Positions 6,457 to 15,469 of a DNA stretch of 52,666 nucleotides are shown here, piece after piece. Made by a program: the position numbers and the translations under genes. Origin of the DNA: a virus (lineage: Duplodnaviria; Caudoviricetes); IMG/VR virus record IMGVR_UViG_3300027821_000001, positions 1 through 52,666 of that record. One strand, 5' to 3'. The notes below the pieces were generated by a model. The model had not been told where the DNA came from. It saw nothing but the letters and a program-made list of their open reading frames with translations, and made no database searches. How positions within the stretch are numbered: the stretch's first letter is position 1; every line of letters starts with the position of its first letter.

Positions 6457-7634
6457 GTATGGAACTTAAGCCCCATCAGAGATCTGCACTCGACCAGCTC
6501 GCTAATGGCAAAATTCTCTGGGGCGGGGTTGGCTCAGGTAAGTCACAAGTAGCAGCAACTTACTACATCGAGGAAGAGCGACCACGAGATGTGTATGTGA
6601 TCACTACCGCCAAGAAACGTGACACGCTCGATTGGGAAGGTGAGTTTGCTCCTCACGGAATCGGTAAAACACGAGATGCAACTGTCTCTGGTTTGCTGAC
6701 CGTCGATAGTTGGAACAACATCCATAAGTACACTGAAGTTAGCGGTGCTTTCTTTATTTTCGACGAACAAAGATTGGTTGGATCTGGAACCTGGGTAAAG
6801 TCGTTTCTGAAGATTGCCCGCCAGAATCGCTGGATTCTGCTCTCTGCAACTCCGGGGGATACTTGGCTCGACTATATCCCGGTCTTCATCGCCAACGGTT
6901 TCTACAAGAATCGGACCGAATTCAAGCGCGAACACGTGGTCTACAAGCCGTTCAGCAAGTTTCCTAAGGTTGAGCGCTATCTGAACACCGGTCGTCTAAA
7001 TAGATATCGCAATCAGATCTTGGTGCCGATGGCTTACACCAAGCTGACTACCCGCCATTCACGCACGATTCCAGTCGACCATAATGAGGAACTGTTTCAA
7101 AGCGTATTGAAGAATCGCTGGAACATTTTCCTGAATCGGCCGATCCGTGATATCAGCGAAACTTTTGCTGTTTTACGGCGAATTGTGAATAGTGATCCCA
7201 GTCGGGTCAAAGCCGTGAGAGAGCTTCTAAGCACGCATCCTAAGCTGGTAGTGTTCTATAACTTTAACTATGAGTTAGAGCGTCTACGGGCTTTAGAGGA
7301 CGTTACAGCGGTAGCTGAGTGGAATGGACACAAGCACGAAGAGATCCCTGAGGGTAATAACTGGGTTTATCTAGTTCAGTACGTAGCGGGCTCAGAAGGC
7401 TGGAATTGCATCGAGACCGATACGATCGTTTTCTACTCATTGACCTATTCGTACAAGAACTGGGAACAAGCACATGGTAGAATTGATCGACTGAATACAC
7501 CATTCCTGGATCTCTACTACTATACTTTAAAAAGTAAGAACGCGGTCGACACTGCAATCTGGCGGAGTCTGAAAGCAAAACAGAATTTCAATGTCGCCAA
7601 ATTTCCGATCGAAACACTGAAAAATATGAGTTGA
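6453..7634 (+). CDS. SF2 (SNF2-like) DNA helicase
   Basis: LKPHQ Q-motif, GVGSGKS Walker A, FDEQ Walker B, LSATP motif [11 protein letters not shown] motif VI. Confidence 0.9.
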   Translation: MSMELKPHQRSALDQLANGKILWGGVGSGKSQVAATYYIEEERPRDVYVITTAKKRDTLDWEGEFAPHGIGKTRDATVSGLLTVDSWNNIHKYTEVSGAFFIFDEQRLVGSGTWVKSFLKIARQNRWILLSATPGDTWLDYIPVFIANGFYKNRTEFKREHVVYKPFSKFPKVERYLNTGRLNRYRNQILVPMAYTKLTTRHSRTIPVDHNEELFQSVLKNRWNIFLNRPIRDISETFAVLRRIVNSDPSRVKAVRELLSTHPKLVVFYNFNYELERLRALEDVTAVAEWNGHKHEEIPEGNNWVYLVQYVAGSEGWNCIETDTIVFYSLTYSYKNWEQAHGRIDRLNTPFLDLYYYTLKSKNAVDTAIWRSLKAKQNFNVAKFPIETLKNMS

Positions 7635-7650
7635 AAGTCATAAAACAGCG

Positions 7651-7955
7651 TTGCCAAGATTTTTGCCAAGATTTTTAAATTATAGGAAAAGCCGCATTTT
7701 GCAGGGATTTTGTGCAATTTTGCTTGCCAAGAAAACACGTCCAAAAAGTCCCCTAGGGAATGTCATATAGTATCTAATTTTCTATACCCACGCGCGACCC
7801 CAAAGATAATATATATAATACCTAATAATAGATATTAACTAGAGAATCTATAGAGAGTTCTTCCTCAAAAAATCTTGGCAAGGAAAATAGGGCTCAAACC
7901 CGCATGAACAAAGGGATTGCACTACTTCAAGAAATCTTGGCAAAAATCTTGGCAA
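7651..7955. repeat. Putative replication origin: TTGCCAAG iterons in inverted arrangement around an AT-rich core
   Basis: Perfect 24-bp inverted repeat 7651-7674/7932-7955; extra iterons at 7724 (+) and 7874 (-); AT-rich 7761-7850. Confidence 0.65.
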
Positions 7956-8062
7956 AGGAAGGAGGTTGTTCATCAAGACTACTCACAAGTTAAAGGTGTT
8001 GAGAGATCCCCAAGGCTACGCAGCTTTCCCAAGTGCTTTTAAACGGGTGGAGAAAGAAGGTT

Positions 8063-8557
8063 ATGGAAAACTGGATGTCAATAGAAAATTTCCCCGGATA
8101 TAGCGTAAGCGACCGTGGAAGGATCCGCACTGACAAGTCTGGCAGAATCTTGGTGCTCTCCGAGAATCAATTTGGTCTATTACAAGTAGGAATGATGCGA
8201 GATGGAGTCCAACACCACAGATCGGTCCCACTCCTGGTGGCTAAGGCTTTTATTCCTGAGCCTGTTGGTCCTTTTGATACTCCCATTAATCTTGATGGTG
8301 ATCGACATAATAATAGTATTGAGAACCTAGTTTGGCGACCACGTTGGTTTGCGATCAAATACAACCAGCAGTTTCGTTATCCATATGAAATGCCGATTCT
8401 AACACCAATCGAAGATTTGAAAACTGGCGAAATAAGTGAAAATTCAACTGAGTGTGCAAAAAGATACGGTTTGCTCGAGCAAGACCTAGTACTTTCAATT
8501 CTAAATCGCACTTATGTATGGCCTACATATCAAGAATTTGGTATCGTACGAGATTAG
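8063..8557 (+). CDS. NUMOD4/HNH-family protein with degenerate active site
   Basis: W..I..FPGY.VS..GRIR NUMOD4 motif; LVAKAF...INLDGDRHNN..ENL.W, with Asn at the catalytic His position. Confidence 0.8.
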   Translation: MENWMSIENFPGYSVSDRGRIRTDKSGRILVLSENQFGLLQVGMMRDGVQHHRSVPLLVAKAFIPEPVGPFDTPINLDGDRHNNSIENLVWRPRWFAIKYNQQFRYPYEMPILTPIEDLKTGEISENSTECAKRYGLLEQDLVLSILNRTYVWPTYQEFGIVRD

Positions 8558-8565
8558 ATATTAGT

Positions 8566-8590
8566 TAGCGCCTAATTCGCGTAGTATAAT
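8566..8590 (+). promoter_or_regulatory. Variant phage promoter P3
   Basis: TAGC GCCTAATTCGCGTAG TATAAT AGAA with the same spacing; followed by GGGAT/ATCCC hairpin and T-tract. Confidence 0.5.
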
Positions 8591-8641
8591 AGAAGGGATA
8601 GAACATCCCATTTATTTTTTCTGCGAAGGAGGCACTAAATT

Positions 8642-9217
8642 GTGAAACTTCTCATTATCATAGCAACTGTACTAGCAATTTCGGCTAGTGTAGCGTTAGC
8701 AGGCAGTTCTAATCAGAACCTTAGACGACCGGGATCAGTGATTCTAATTGGTAGCGGCAAAAGAGTTGGTCCGGTTTGTGCCGATTATGGTAAATGGAAT
8801 CCCGTTACTGGTCGAGGACAGGGATTAATGCACTTCATGATGCAGCCGCAGAAGTGTCATGCGGGACAGCAGCGGCTTTATTGGAGTCGTCGCGGTTTGC
8901 GTGGAGTTAGAGGTCCTCGTGGGATCAGAGGTCCTATTGGCCCCGCCGGTCCACAGGGTCCACCAGGTGGAGCAACTGGCGCACAGGGTCCTCGGGGACC
9001 AGCCGGTCCAAAAGGTGCAACCGGTGCTCAGGGCCCAACGGGTCCGGCAGGAATTAATGGTACAGGATTGGGAGACTCACTCTTCTATCTGTGCATTAAT
9101 GACAAGGGCACTCCGGTTAAATTTGGTGGATACGTAGATGGCACTCCCGACTGCGATCCTGGTCATGACGGAATTATTCTGAAAGTCGTATTTCAGGGAC
9201 CACCTATATCTGGATAG
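8642..9217 (+). CDS. Secreted/membrane collagen-like protein
   Basis: Signal-peptide-like N-terminus; Gly-X-Y run; AGGAGG RBS. Confidence 0.8.
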   Translation: MKLLIIIATVLAISASVALAGSSNQNLRRPGSVILIGSGKRVGPVCADYGKWNPVTGRGQGLMHFMMQPQKCHAGQQRLYWSRRGLRGVRGPRGIRGPIGPAGPQGPPGGATGAQGPRGPAGPKGATGAQGPTGPAGINGTGLGDSLFYLCINDKGTPVKFGGYVDGTPDCDPGHDGIILKVVFQGPPISG

Positions 9218-9228
9218 GAGGTGCCACT

Positions 9229-9546
9229 GTGACTGAAGCTCAATATCAAGCCAAGTTAATCAAGAAACTTAAGACTATGTTTCCGGGATGTGTGATTCTA
9301 AAAAATGATCCGGCGCATCAACAAGGAGTTCCAGATCTCGTTGTTCTTTGGCATAAGCATTGGGCTTCGCTAGAAGTTAAACTTTTTTCAATGTCTAATA
9401 GACAACCCAATCAAGATTATTACATTGATACTATGAACGAGATGTCGTTCGCCGCATATATTTATCCGGAGAATGAAGAGGAGGTTCTGAATGCGCTTCA
9501 ACAGGCATTTGAATCTCCAAGGCGAGCACGCGTTTCTCAGTCCTAG
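9229..9546 (+). CDS. VRR-NUC-like nuclease (putative Holliday junction resolvase)
   Basis: E..YQ...GVPDL....LEVK....QPNQ PD-(D/E)XK motif. Confidence 0.82.
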   Translation: MTEAQYQAKLIKKLKTMFPGCVILKNDPAHQQGVPDLVVLWHKHWASLEVKLFSMSNRQPNQDYYIDTMNEMSFAAYIYPENEEEVLNALQQAFESPRRARVSQS

Positions 9547-10048
9547 TCAATATCATTGGATCCACTATACACCGGATCGATTGATTGAACGTTGGACTTC
9601 AGCTCAAGCCGGAGCATATGGTGTCGCGCAGCATGATTATGCTCAGAGAGAAATTCAAGCTGGTCGAGTTTCGGATCTCGTCGGAACTGTGGGTATGTAT
9701 ATTAACGACGCGATTCAACATAGAATGACCTGCGAACAAGTTCTATTTTACTCTGAGAATTGTTTTGGTACTGCAGATACAATCTCCTTTCGATACAATA
9801 CTCTTCGAATTCATGATCTAAAAACTGGCGTGTATCCAGGCTCAGTACATCAACTCGAAGTTTACGCAGCTTTGTTTTGTCTTGAATACGATAAGAATCC
9901 ATTCGAGATTAAAATTGAACTTCGAATCTATCAAGATGATGAAGTTTCGGTCTATGATGCTGACCCAGAGGATATTATGTTTATCATGGAAAGAATTCAA
10001 GAATTCGATAAAGTAATCAATCATCGAAGACTAGAGGAGGAGTCGTGA
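9491..10048 (+). CDS. PD-(D/E)XK exonuclease-like protein (DUF2800/Cas4-like)
   Basis: HAFLSPS, EQ.L, FGTAD, IHDLKTG and QL.VYA motifs. Confidence 0.8.
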   Translation: MRFNRHLNLQGEHAFLSPSQYHWIHYTPDRLIERWTSAQAGAYGVAQHDYAQREIQAGRVSDLVGTVGMYINDAIQHRMTCEQVLFYSENCFGTADTISFRYNTLRIHDLKTGVYPGSVHQLEVYAALFCLEYDKNPFEIKIELRIYQDDEVSVYDADPEDIMFIMERIQEFDKVINHRRLEEES

Positions 10049-12786
10049 TTCGTACTCATGAGGATCATCTTGCGCATTACGGTATCCTCCGACGTTCCGG
10101 CCGTTATCCTTGGGGATCTGGTGGTACTCAAAATAAGCGCAATCGAGACTTTCTCGATATGGCGGCTAATTTAAAAAAGCAAGGGATGACTGAAAAACAA
10201 ATTGCCGATGGTATGGGTATTACGATTAAAGAACTTCGTGGTGCTCGAACAGTTGCTCTTGCTCAGCAGCGACAAACGAATATTCTTACTGCGCAGCGTC
10301 TGAAAGATAAGGGTTGGTCTAATACCGCAATTGGTGAACGTATGGGTCATCCCGAATCGACAATTCGTGGTTGGCTTTCTCCAGGTGCAAAAGATAAGGC
10401 GAGTGCACTCGAGACCACAGCCAATATGCTCAAGGAGCAAGTCGATAAGAAGAAGTATGTTGATGTAGGTAAAGGTGTTGAACATCAACTAGGCATTACT
10501 AATTCTCGACTCAATAATGCGCTTGCTGTTTTGAAGGAACAAGGATACCCCGTTCATACCATTTATGTTGAGCAAGTTAACATTCGTGGTAAGTTTACAC
10601 CGATGCAGGTATTGGCTCGACCAGGCACTAAGCTTTCTGAAGTCCAGCAAAACAGAAGAGAAATTCAACAGATTCAAGAACAGTCGATCGATCATGGTCG
10701 AAGTTACTTTAGTCCTCAGGCTCCTCTTTCCGTTGGTTCTAGACGAATCGGTGTTGTTTACGGTAAAGAAGGTGCTAAGGCAGATGGCATGATTTATGTT
10801 CGTCCTGGTGTACCCGATCTTGCTATTGGAAACAATCGTTACGGTCAAGTTCGAATCTTGGTTGATGGTACACACTACTTGAAAGGCATGGCGGTTTATA
10901 AGGAGGATCTTCCTCCGGGCAAGGATCTGATCTTTAATACAAAGGCTGCTGATACCGGACGTAAAAAAGATGCTATGAAACCAATCTCTGAAGATCCGGA
11001 TCTTCCGTTTGGTTCTATCATTCGACAAGTACATGATCCAAAAACGGGTAATGTTACCTCGGCTATGAATCTAGTTGGCAGTCCAACTAAAGAAGGATCT
11101 GGAGAAGAAGGTCAATGGGATACTTGGTCTCGAAATCTTTCGTCCCAGTTTCTGTCTAAGCAAAGTCCAGCTCTAGCAAAGCAGCAACTTGATCTAACTT
11201 ACGATCGGCGCAAAAGAGAATTCGATGAAATCAATGCGCTCACAAATCCAACAGTTCGGAAAGATTTGCTTGAGAAATTTGCAGATCAAACCGATGCTGC
11301 AGCTGTACATCTTAAGTCTGCCGCTTTGCCGCGACAAGCAACTAAAGTTCTAATTCCCGTTCCATCCATGAAACCAACTGAAATTTATGCCCCCACCTTC
11401 AAAGATGGCGACCGTGTTGTTTTGGTTCGTTATCCTCATGGTGGAACATTTGAAATTCCTCAACTGACAGTGAATAATCGCAATCGTGAAGCACGCAAGC
11501 TAATCGGAACTGGTGCTGATAGTACGAGACACGATGCTGTTGGTATTCATCATAAGGTTGCACAACGTTTGTCTGGTGCAGACTTCGATGGTGATACGGT
11601 GCTTATCATTCCTAACAAGAGTGGAAAGATTGAAAGTACCGCTGCTCTAGAAGGATTGAAGGGCTTCGATCCGATGACCTATAAACTACCCAAAGATTCT
11701 CCCATTCCTCGTATTACTAATGCTCGCAAACAAAATGAGATGGGTAAAATCTCCAATCTAATTACGGACATGACTCTTCAAGGAGCGGATACAGATAAAC
11801 TCTCTCGTGCGATTAGACACTCCATGGTTGTTATTGATTCGGAAAAACATGGGCTTGATTTTGCTCAGTCAGAGAAAGATCATGGTATTCTTGATTTGAA
11901 AGAAGAGTATCAAGGTTCGAAGCGAGCAGGTGCTCAGACCATAATCAGTAGGAAAAAATCGCCCATTCGCATAGAAGAGAGAAGACTTAGGTCTGCAGCA
12001 AGAGGTGGACCGATTGATCCTGTCACAGGCAAGAAAGTTTTCGAACCAACTGGACGTACGTTTCCAGAACGTAAACGTGTAAAGGATCCTAAGACAGGAA
12101 AGATGGTCACCGTTAAAACTGGAGTACAGATTAAAAGGAAAGAAGAACATCGAAAGCTGGCTGTAGTTGATGACGCGTTCGATGTCATTCCGAAAGAACG
12201 TACTCCTACCTCTATGGAAGTACTCTATGCAACTCACTCTAATAAACTAAAAGCTTTGGCTAATGAAGCTAGGAAAGAAACAGTAACGATTAAAGGTACC
12301 CCCTATTCTAAGTCAGCCAAGAAGGTATACGAAACCGAAGTGGCTTCAATTAATGCTAAACTTAACCGGGCCGAGAAGAATGCCCCCTACGAAAGACAGG
12401 CCCACCTGTTAGCAAACGCCAATGTCTCCCAGAAGAAACAGGTTAACCCACAGATCGAGGCTGCTGAAGAGAAGAAGATTCGACAACAGGAGTTGAATAC
12501 AGCAAGAGTTAGAACAGGTGCAAAGAAGTATAAGATCGATCTTACTCAAGAGGAGTGGAATGCTATTCAAGCTGGTGCAATCACTCCCTCTAAACTGGAA
12601 AGAGTTCTGAACAATAGTGATAGCGATACCGTTAAGGTATTGGCTATGCCCAAGCATACACCAACAATGACAAGCAGTAAGGTACGTCGTGCTCAGGCTA
12701 TGTTGAACTCTGGGTACACACAGGCTGAGGTAGCTGATGCATTAGGTGTAGGCTTGACCACACTCAAGGTAAGTCTTACTGAGTGA
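10045..12786 (+). CDS. Single-chain two-barrel (YonO/QDE-1-like) RNA polymerase with N- and C-terminal HTH domains
   Basis: ADG (10780), QVR...LKGM (10846-10890), VRYP (11425), GADFDGD (11575-11595), GKISN and HSMVVIDSEK in the order found in cellular RdRp/YonO. Confidence 0.8.
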   Translation: MIRTHEDHLAHYGILRRSGRYPWGSGGTQNKRNRDFLDMAANLKKQGMTEKQIADGMGITIKELRGARTVALAQQRQTNILTAQRLKDKGWSNTAIGERMGHPESTIRGWLSPGAKDKASALETTANMLKEQVDKKKYVDVGKGVEHQLGITNSRLNNALAVLKEQGYPVHTIYVEQVNIRGKFTPMQVLARPGTKLSEVQQNRREIQQIQEQSIDHGRSYFSPQAPLSVGSRRIGVVYGKEGAKADGMIYVRPGVPDLAIGNNRYGQVRILVDGTHYLKGMAVYKEDLPPGKDLIFNTKAADTGRKKDAMKPISEDPDLPFGSIIRQVHDPKTGNVTSAMNLVGSPTKEGSGEEGQWDTWSRNLSSQFLSKQSPALAKQQLDLTYDRRKREFDEINALTNPTVRKDLLEKFADQTDAAAVHLKSAALPRQATKVLIPVPSMKPTEIYAPTFKDGDRVVLVRYPHGGTFEIPQLTVNNRNREARKLIGTGADSTRHDAVGIHHKVAQRLSGADFDGDTVLIIPNKSGKIESTAALEGLKGFDPMTYKLPKDSPIPRITNARKQNEMGKISNLITDMTLQGADTDKLSRAIRHSMVVIDSEKHGLDFAQSEKDHGILDLKEEYQGSKRAGAQTIISRKKSPIRIEERRLRSAARGGPIDPVTGKKVFEPTGRTFPERKRVKDPKTGKMVTVKTGVQIKRKEEHRKLAVVDDAFDVIPKERTPTSMEVLYATHSNKLKALANEARKETVTIKGTPYSKSAKKVYETEVASINAKLNRAEKNAPYERQAHLLANANVSQKKQVNPQIEAAEEKKIRQQELNTARVRTGAKKYKIDLTQEEWNAIQAGAITPSKLERVLNNSDSDTVKVLAMPKHTPTMTSSKVRRAQAMLNSGYTQAEVADALGVGLTTLKVSLTE

Positions 12787-12787
12787 G

Positions 12788-13063
12788 GTGAACATGACAG
12801 TTGAGTACATGTTAACTACAGTTGACAATCCGTTTGATCCATTCACTAGGTTTGATGAATGGTTAGAGTATGATATGAGTATGGGTTATAATACCTCCGC
12901 CTTCTTAGACAGGGTAGCTATTGTGTCTAATGATTTGTCTGAACCTGACCAAGCACTTGCTATCCAAAATGCTATTGATGAAATTGTTTCGGAGAACGTA
13001 TTAGGAATGTGGAGAAAGGTTTCAAGAAATTCCGTAAAAGAATTAGAAGTCTACGATGTATAG
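12788..13063 (+). CDS. Hypothetical phage protein
   Basis: MLTTVDNPFDPFT.F.EW..YD...GYNT motif; GAGG RBS (start may be ATG 12794). Confidence 0.75.
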   Translation: MNMTVEYMLTTVDNPFDPFTRFDEWLEYDMSMGYNTSAFLDRVAIVSNDLSEPDQALAIQNAIDEIVSENVLGMWRKVSRNSVKELEVYDV

Positions 13064-13071
13064 GAGAAGAG

Positions 13072-13239
13072 GTGATCATTCTGTCTCAACGACGACGACT
13101 TGAGCGTCGAGCGTTAGCTACAATTGCAGGAACACCAACTAAGTCCAGCAGCGATGAGGCAAAGTTAATGGCAAGAGTTGCTAACGATGCGCTTCAAGGA
13201 AAAAATTTTAGAACTAATTGGGGGAGAAAATTTTTTTAG
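13072..13239 (+). CDS. Small basic hypothetical protein
   Basis: AGGAG RBS before GTG. Confidence 0.45.
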   Translation: MIILSQRRRLERRALATIAGTPTKSSSDEAKLMARVANDALQGKNFRTNWGRKFF

Positions 13240-13314
13240 GGGGGAGGGGTAAAAATTTTACACCCCCCTCTAGCATCGCCCGGCTTCCAAAAATTTCCCC
13301 GGGGGATATTTTGG
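13238..13314. other. Putative cos/packaging site (candidate overhang CGCCCGGCT, 13277-13285)
   Basis: GC-rich 9-mer flanked by inverted repeats 13238-13270 and 13287-13314, upstream of terS and HNH. Confidence 0.55.
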
Positions 13315-13397
13315 CAGAAAGTCTTTTAATCTGGCGGTTAAAACTAGGTCGAAACTAATTCGAAAAGAGTCCGAACACTCGACGAAGCGAGACAAGC

Positions 13398-13877
13398 ATG
13401 GATGAAAGTACCGAGAGAGTGTTTGAAACCCGTAGTAATCCCGATGGAACTATTGTGTTTAGAAGATCTGATGGTACCACAATTTGGGAAGGCGGCTCAG
13501 GTGATTCGGGAGGGTCTGATCGTCCAGTTCTGCAAGAATTAGTCAAGTATAATTATAGCACAGTTGTGAATCCGCCGCCAAATACAGGTCAAGTTCGTAC
13601 TAACGCTGGCGCTAACCCAGTCGATCAGATTAATACGATCTACGTCCATCGGATGGATGCTGATAACAGAGATGTTAAGTTCTTGCTAATGCAGCAGGGC
13701 AAAGCTGGTAGAATCTTGTTTGTACAGGATACTCAAAACTCAGATAGCAATGCTTTGTTTACCTTGCTTTCGGATCCAGTTGATAATCACGATTATCTTG
13801 TGCTTAATGTTGAATTACTGAGCGTTAGCGGAGTTCCACTAGCAGGATCTGGAATTCTACTTGGCTTGATGATTTAA
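13398..13877 (+). CDS. Hypothetical (possibly virion) protein
   Basis: First long ORF after the putative genome end. Confidence 0.7.
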   Translation: MDESTERVFETRSNPDGTIVFRRSDGTTIWEGGSGDSGGSDRPVLQELVKYNYSTVVNPPPNTGQVRTNAGANPVDQINTIYVHRMDADNRDVKFLLMQQGKAGRILFVQDTQNSDSNALFTLLSDPVDNHDYLVLNVELLSVSGVPLAGSGILLGLMI

Positions 13878-13892
13878 ACGAGAGGAGGTCGT

Positions 13893-14264
13893 GTGCCAGC
13901 AAGGAGAAGAAGATCAGAGCCTGAACAGCAAATTCCTCGTCGACCCGCGACCACTCCCGAAGGTCGTGAAGATCAACTCGTGTCGCAAGCGATCGATCTT
14001 GCCGAGCAGCAAATTCGCGATGGCACAGCTTCCTCGCAGGTGATCACTCATTTTTTGAAGCTGGGTTCAACTCGCGAACAGCTGGAGCAGGAACGACTCG
14101 AGCATGAAAATGAATTGACGCGAGTCAAGATCGAAGCGATCGAATCTCAGAAGCGTGTGGAAGAACTATACCTGGAAGCTCTTACAGCAATGCGCACATA
14201 TGCAGGATCTGAGCCAAGATCGGATGAAGATGATCAAGACCAGAACGTACTCAGAGCTGTCTAA
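13893..14264 (+). CDS. terS: Terminase small subunit (putative)
   Basis: RPA.TPEGRE.QL...A.DLAE.Q...GTASSQVITHFLKLGS motif; position before the HNH gene. Confidence 0.6.
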   Translation: MPARRRRSEPEQQIPRRPATTPEGREDQLVSQAIDLAEQQIRDGTASSQVITHFLKLGSTREQLEQERLEHENELTRVKIEAIESQKRVEELYLEALTAMRTYAGSEPRSDEDDQDQNVLRAV

Positions 14265-14643
14265 ACTAGAAACGTTCGACGAGCGATACGAGTATCTAAA
14301 GTTGGGTGGAGTTACCGGAAGTATTACTTTTGGCTTCGATCGTTGGATTAATCAACGTTTTTACAAATCGCCTGAGTGGGAAACTACTCGAGATCACGTT
14401 ATTATCCGAGATCATGGCTGTGATTTAGGAGTTCCTGGTTACGAGATTTTCGCACAACTTATTGTGCATCATATGAACCCAATTTCGTTGAATAATCTTT
14501 TACACGGAGACCAGGCCATTATTGATCCAGAGTTCCTAATAACTACATCTTTGCGTACACATAACGCTATTCACTATGGTAATTTCAATCTTCTACCTCG
14601 AGATCCTGTAGAAAGACAACGAGGTGATACTACGCTTTGGTGA
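14224..14643 (+). CDS. HNH endonuclease (terminase-associated)
   Basis: FY.S.EW...R..VI.RD.GC...VHHMNP...LIT....THNAIH motif. Confidence 0.85.
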   Translation: MKMIKTRTYSELSKLETFDERYEYLKLGGVTGSITFGFDRWINQRFYKSPEWETTRDHVIIRDHGCDLGVPGYEIFAQLIVHHMNPISLNNLLHGDQAIIDPEFLITTSLRTHNAIHYGNFNLLPRDPVERQRGDTTLW

Positions 14644-14653
14644 AAGGAGGAAT

Positions 14654-15034
14654 ATGCCTGCTGGAAAAATTAATCTCTCACCTCAAGTGCTGGATCTTAC
14701 GCTATATGCCGGAGATGATGCTGAATTTCGCTTGATTTGCAAAGATCCTGATGGCGAGCCGGTGGATATTTCCGGTGGGGTAGAGGCTCAAGTACGACTA
14801 GATCGTTCACAGGGAAGTACAGTTTTAGCTGAATTTGACTCTGATTTAACCGATGCTTTTAACGGAATTGTGATGCTTTCGTTGACTGGTGAACAAACAG
14901 CAGCATTAATTACCGATGATACCGGTAAATTTACTGGTGTTTGGGACGTACAGTGGACATCGGTTGATGCAGAAGTACGTACGCTCTGTCAAGGCAAAGT
15001 GGAGTGTTGGATCGATGTCACCCGACCTGTGTGA
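14654..15034 (+). CDS. Virion structural protein (fibre/baseplate adaptor-like)
   Basis: L.LY.GD......D....PVDISG...AQVR...WDVQ....RTL..G pattern; AGGAGG RBS. Confidence 0.6.
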   Translation: MPAGKINLSPQVLDLTLYAGDDAEFRLICKDPDGEPVDISGGVEAQVRLDRSQGSTVLAEFDSDLTDAFNGIVMLSLTGEQTAALITDDTGKFTGVWDVQWTSVDAEVRTLCQGKVECWIDVTRPV

Positions 15035-15464
15035 ACTAAACGTAACGGTTTCAACCGCAGAAATTGAGCTTCAAGTTGAGGCAGTTCCAGATATTAAGGT
15101 AGATTTTGCATCGTTCGATACAAGTTTGACTGTCGATTCGGCTCCTGATGTTGTTGTAGTAGCTGCGGGTGGTATAGGTCCTGAGGGTCCTAAAGGTCCA
15201 CCGGGACCAGAAGGAGCATCGGGTCCGGTAGGTCCTCCAGGTCCTCCGGGGCCTGTGGGTCCGGCGGATGACCAAACATACATTTTTACTCAGGTAGCAC
15301 TTCTTGATCAATGGGTTATTACACATAATCTTGGTCGTTATCCATCAGTAACTGTTATTGATACTGGTGGTACTGAGATACTTCCAGATGTACATTATAT
15401 TGATGATAAGGAAATACATCTTTCTTTTTTCAATCCGACCTCCGGGAAGGCGTATCTTAACTAA
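15015..15464 (+). CDS. Collagen-repeat virion/fibre protein
   Basis: GPxGPx run followed by W.ITHNLGRYPSVTV domain. Confidence 0.75.
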   Translation: MSPDLCELNVTVSTAEIELQVEAVPDIKVDFASFDTSLTVDSAPDVVVVAAGGIGPEGPKGPPGPEGASGPVGPPGPPGPVGPADDQTYIFTQVALLDQWVITHNLGRYPSVTVIDTGGTEILPDVHYIDDKEIHLSFFNPTSGKAYLN

Positions 15465-15469
15465 GGAGA

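Noticed and set aside
9491-10048. CRISPR-Cas system (Cas4-like gene)
   Set aside because: No array or other cas genes; this is an ordinary phage PD-(D/E)XK nuclease
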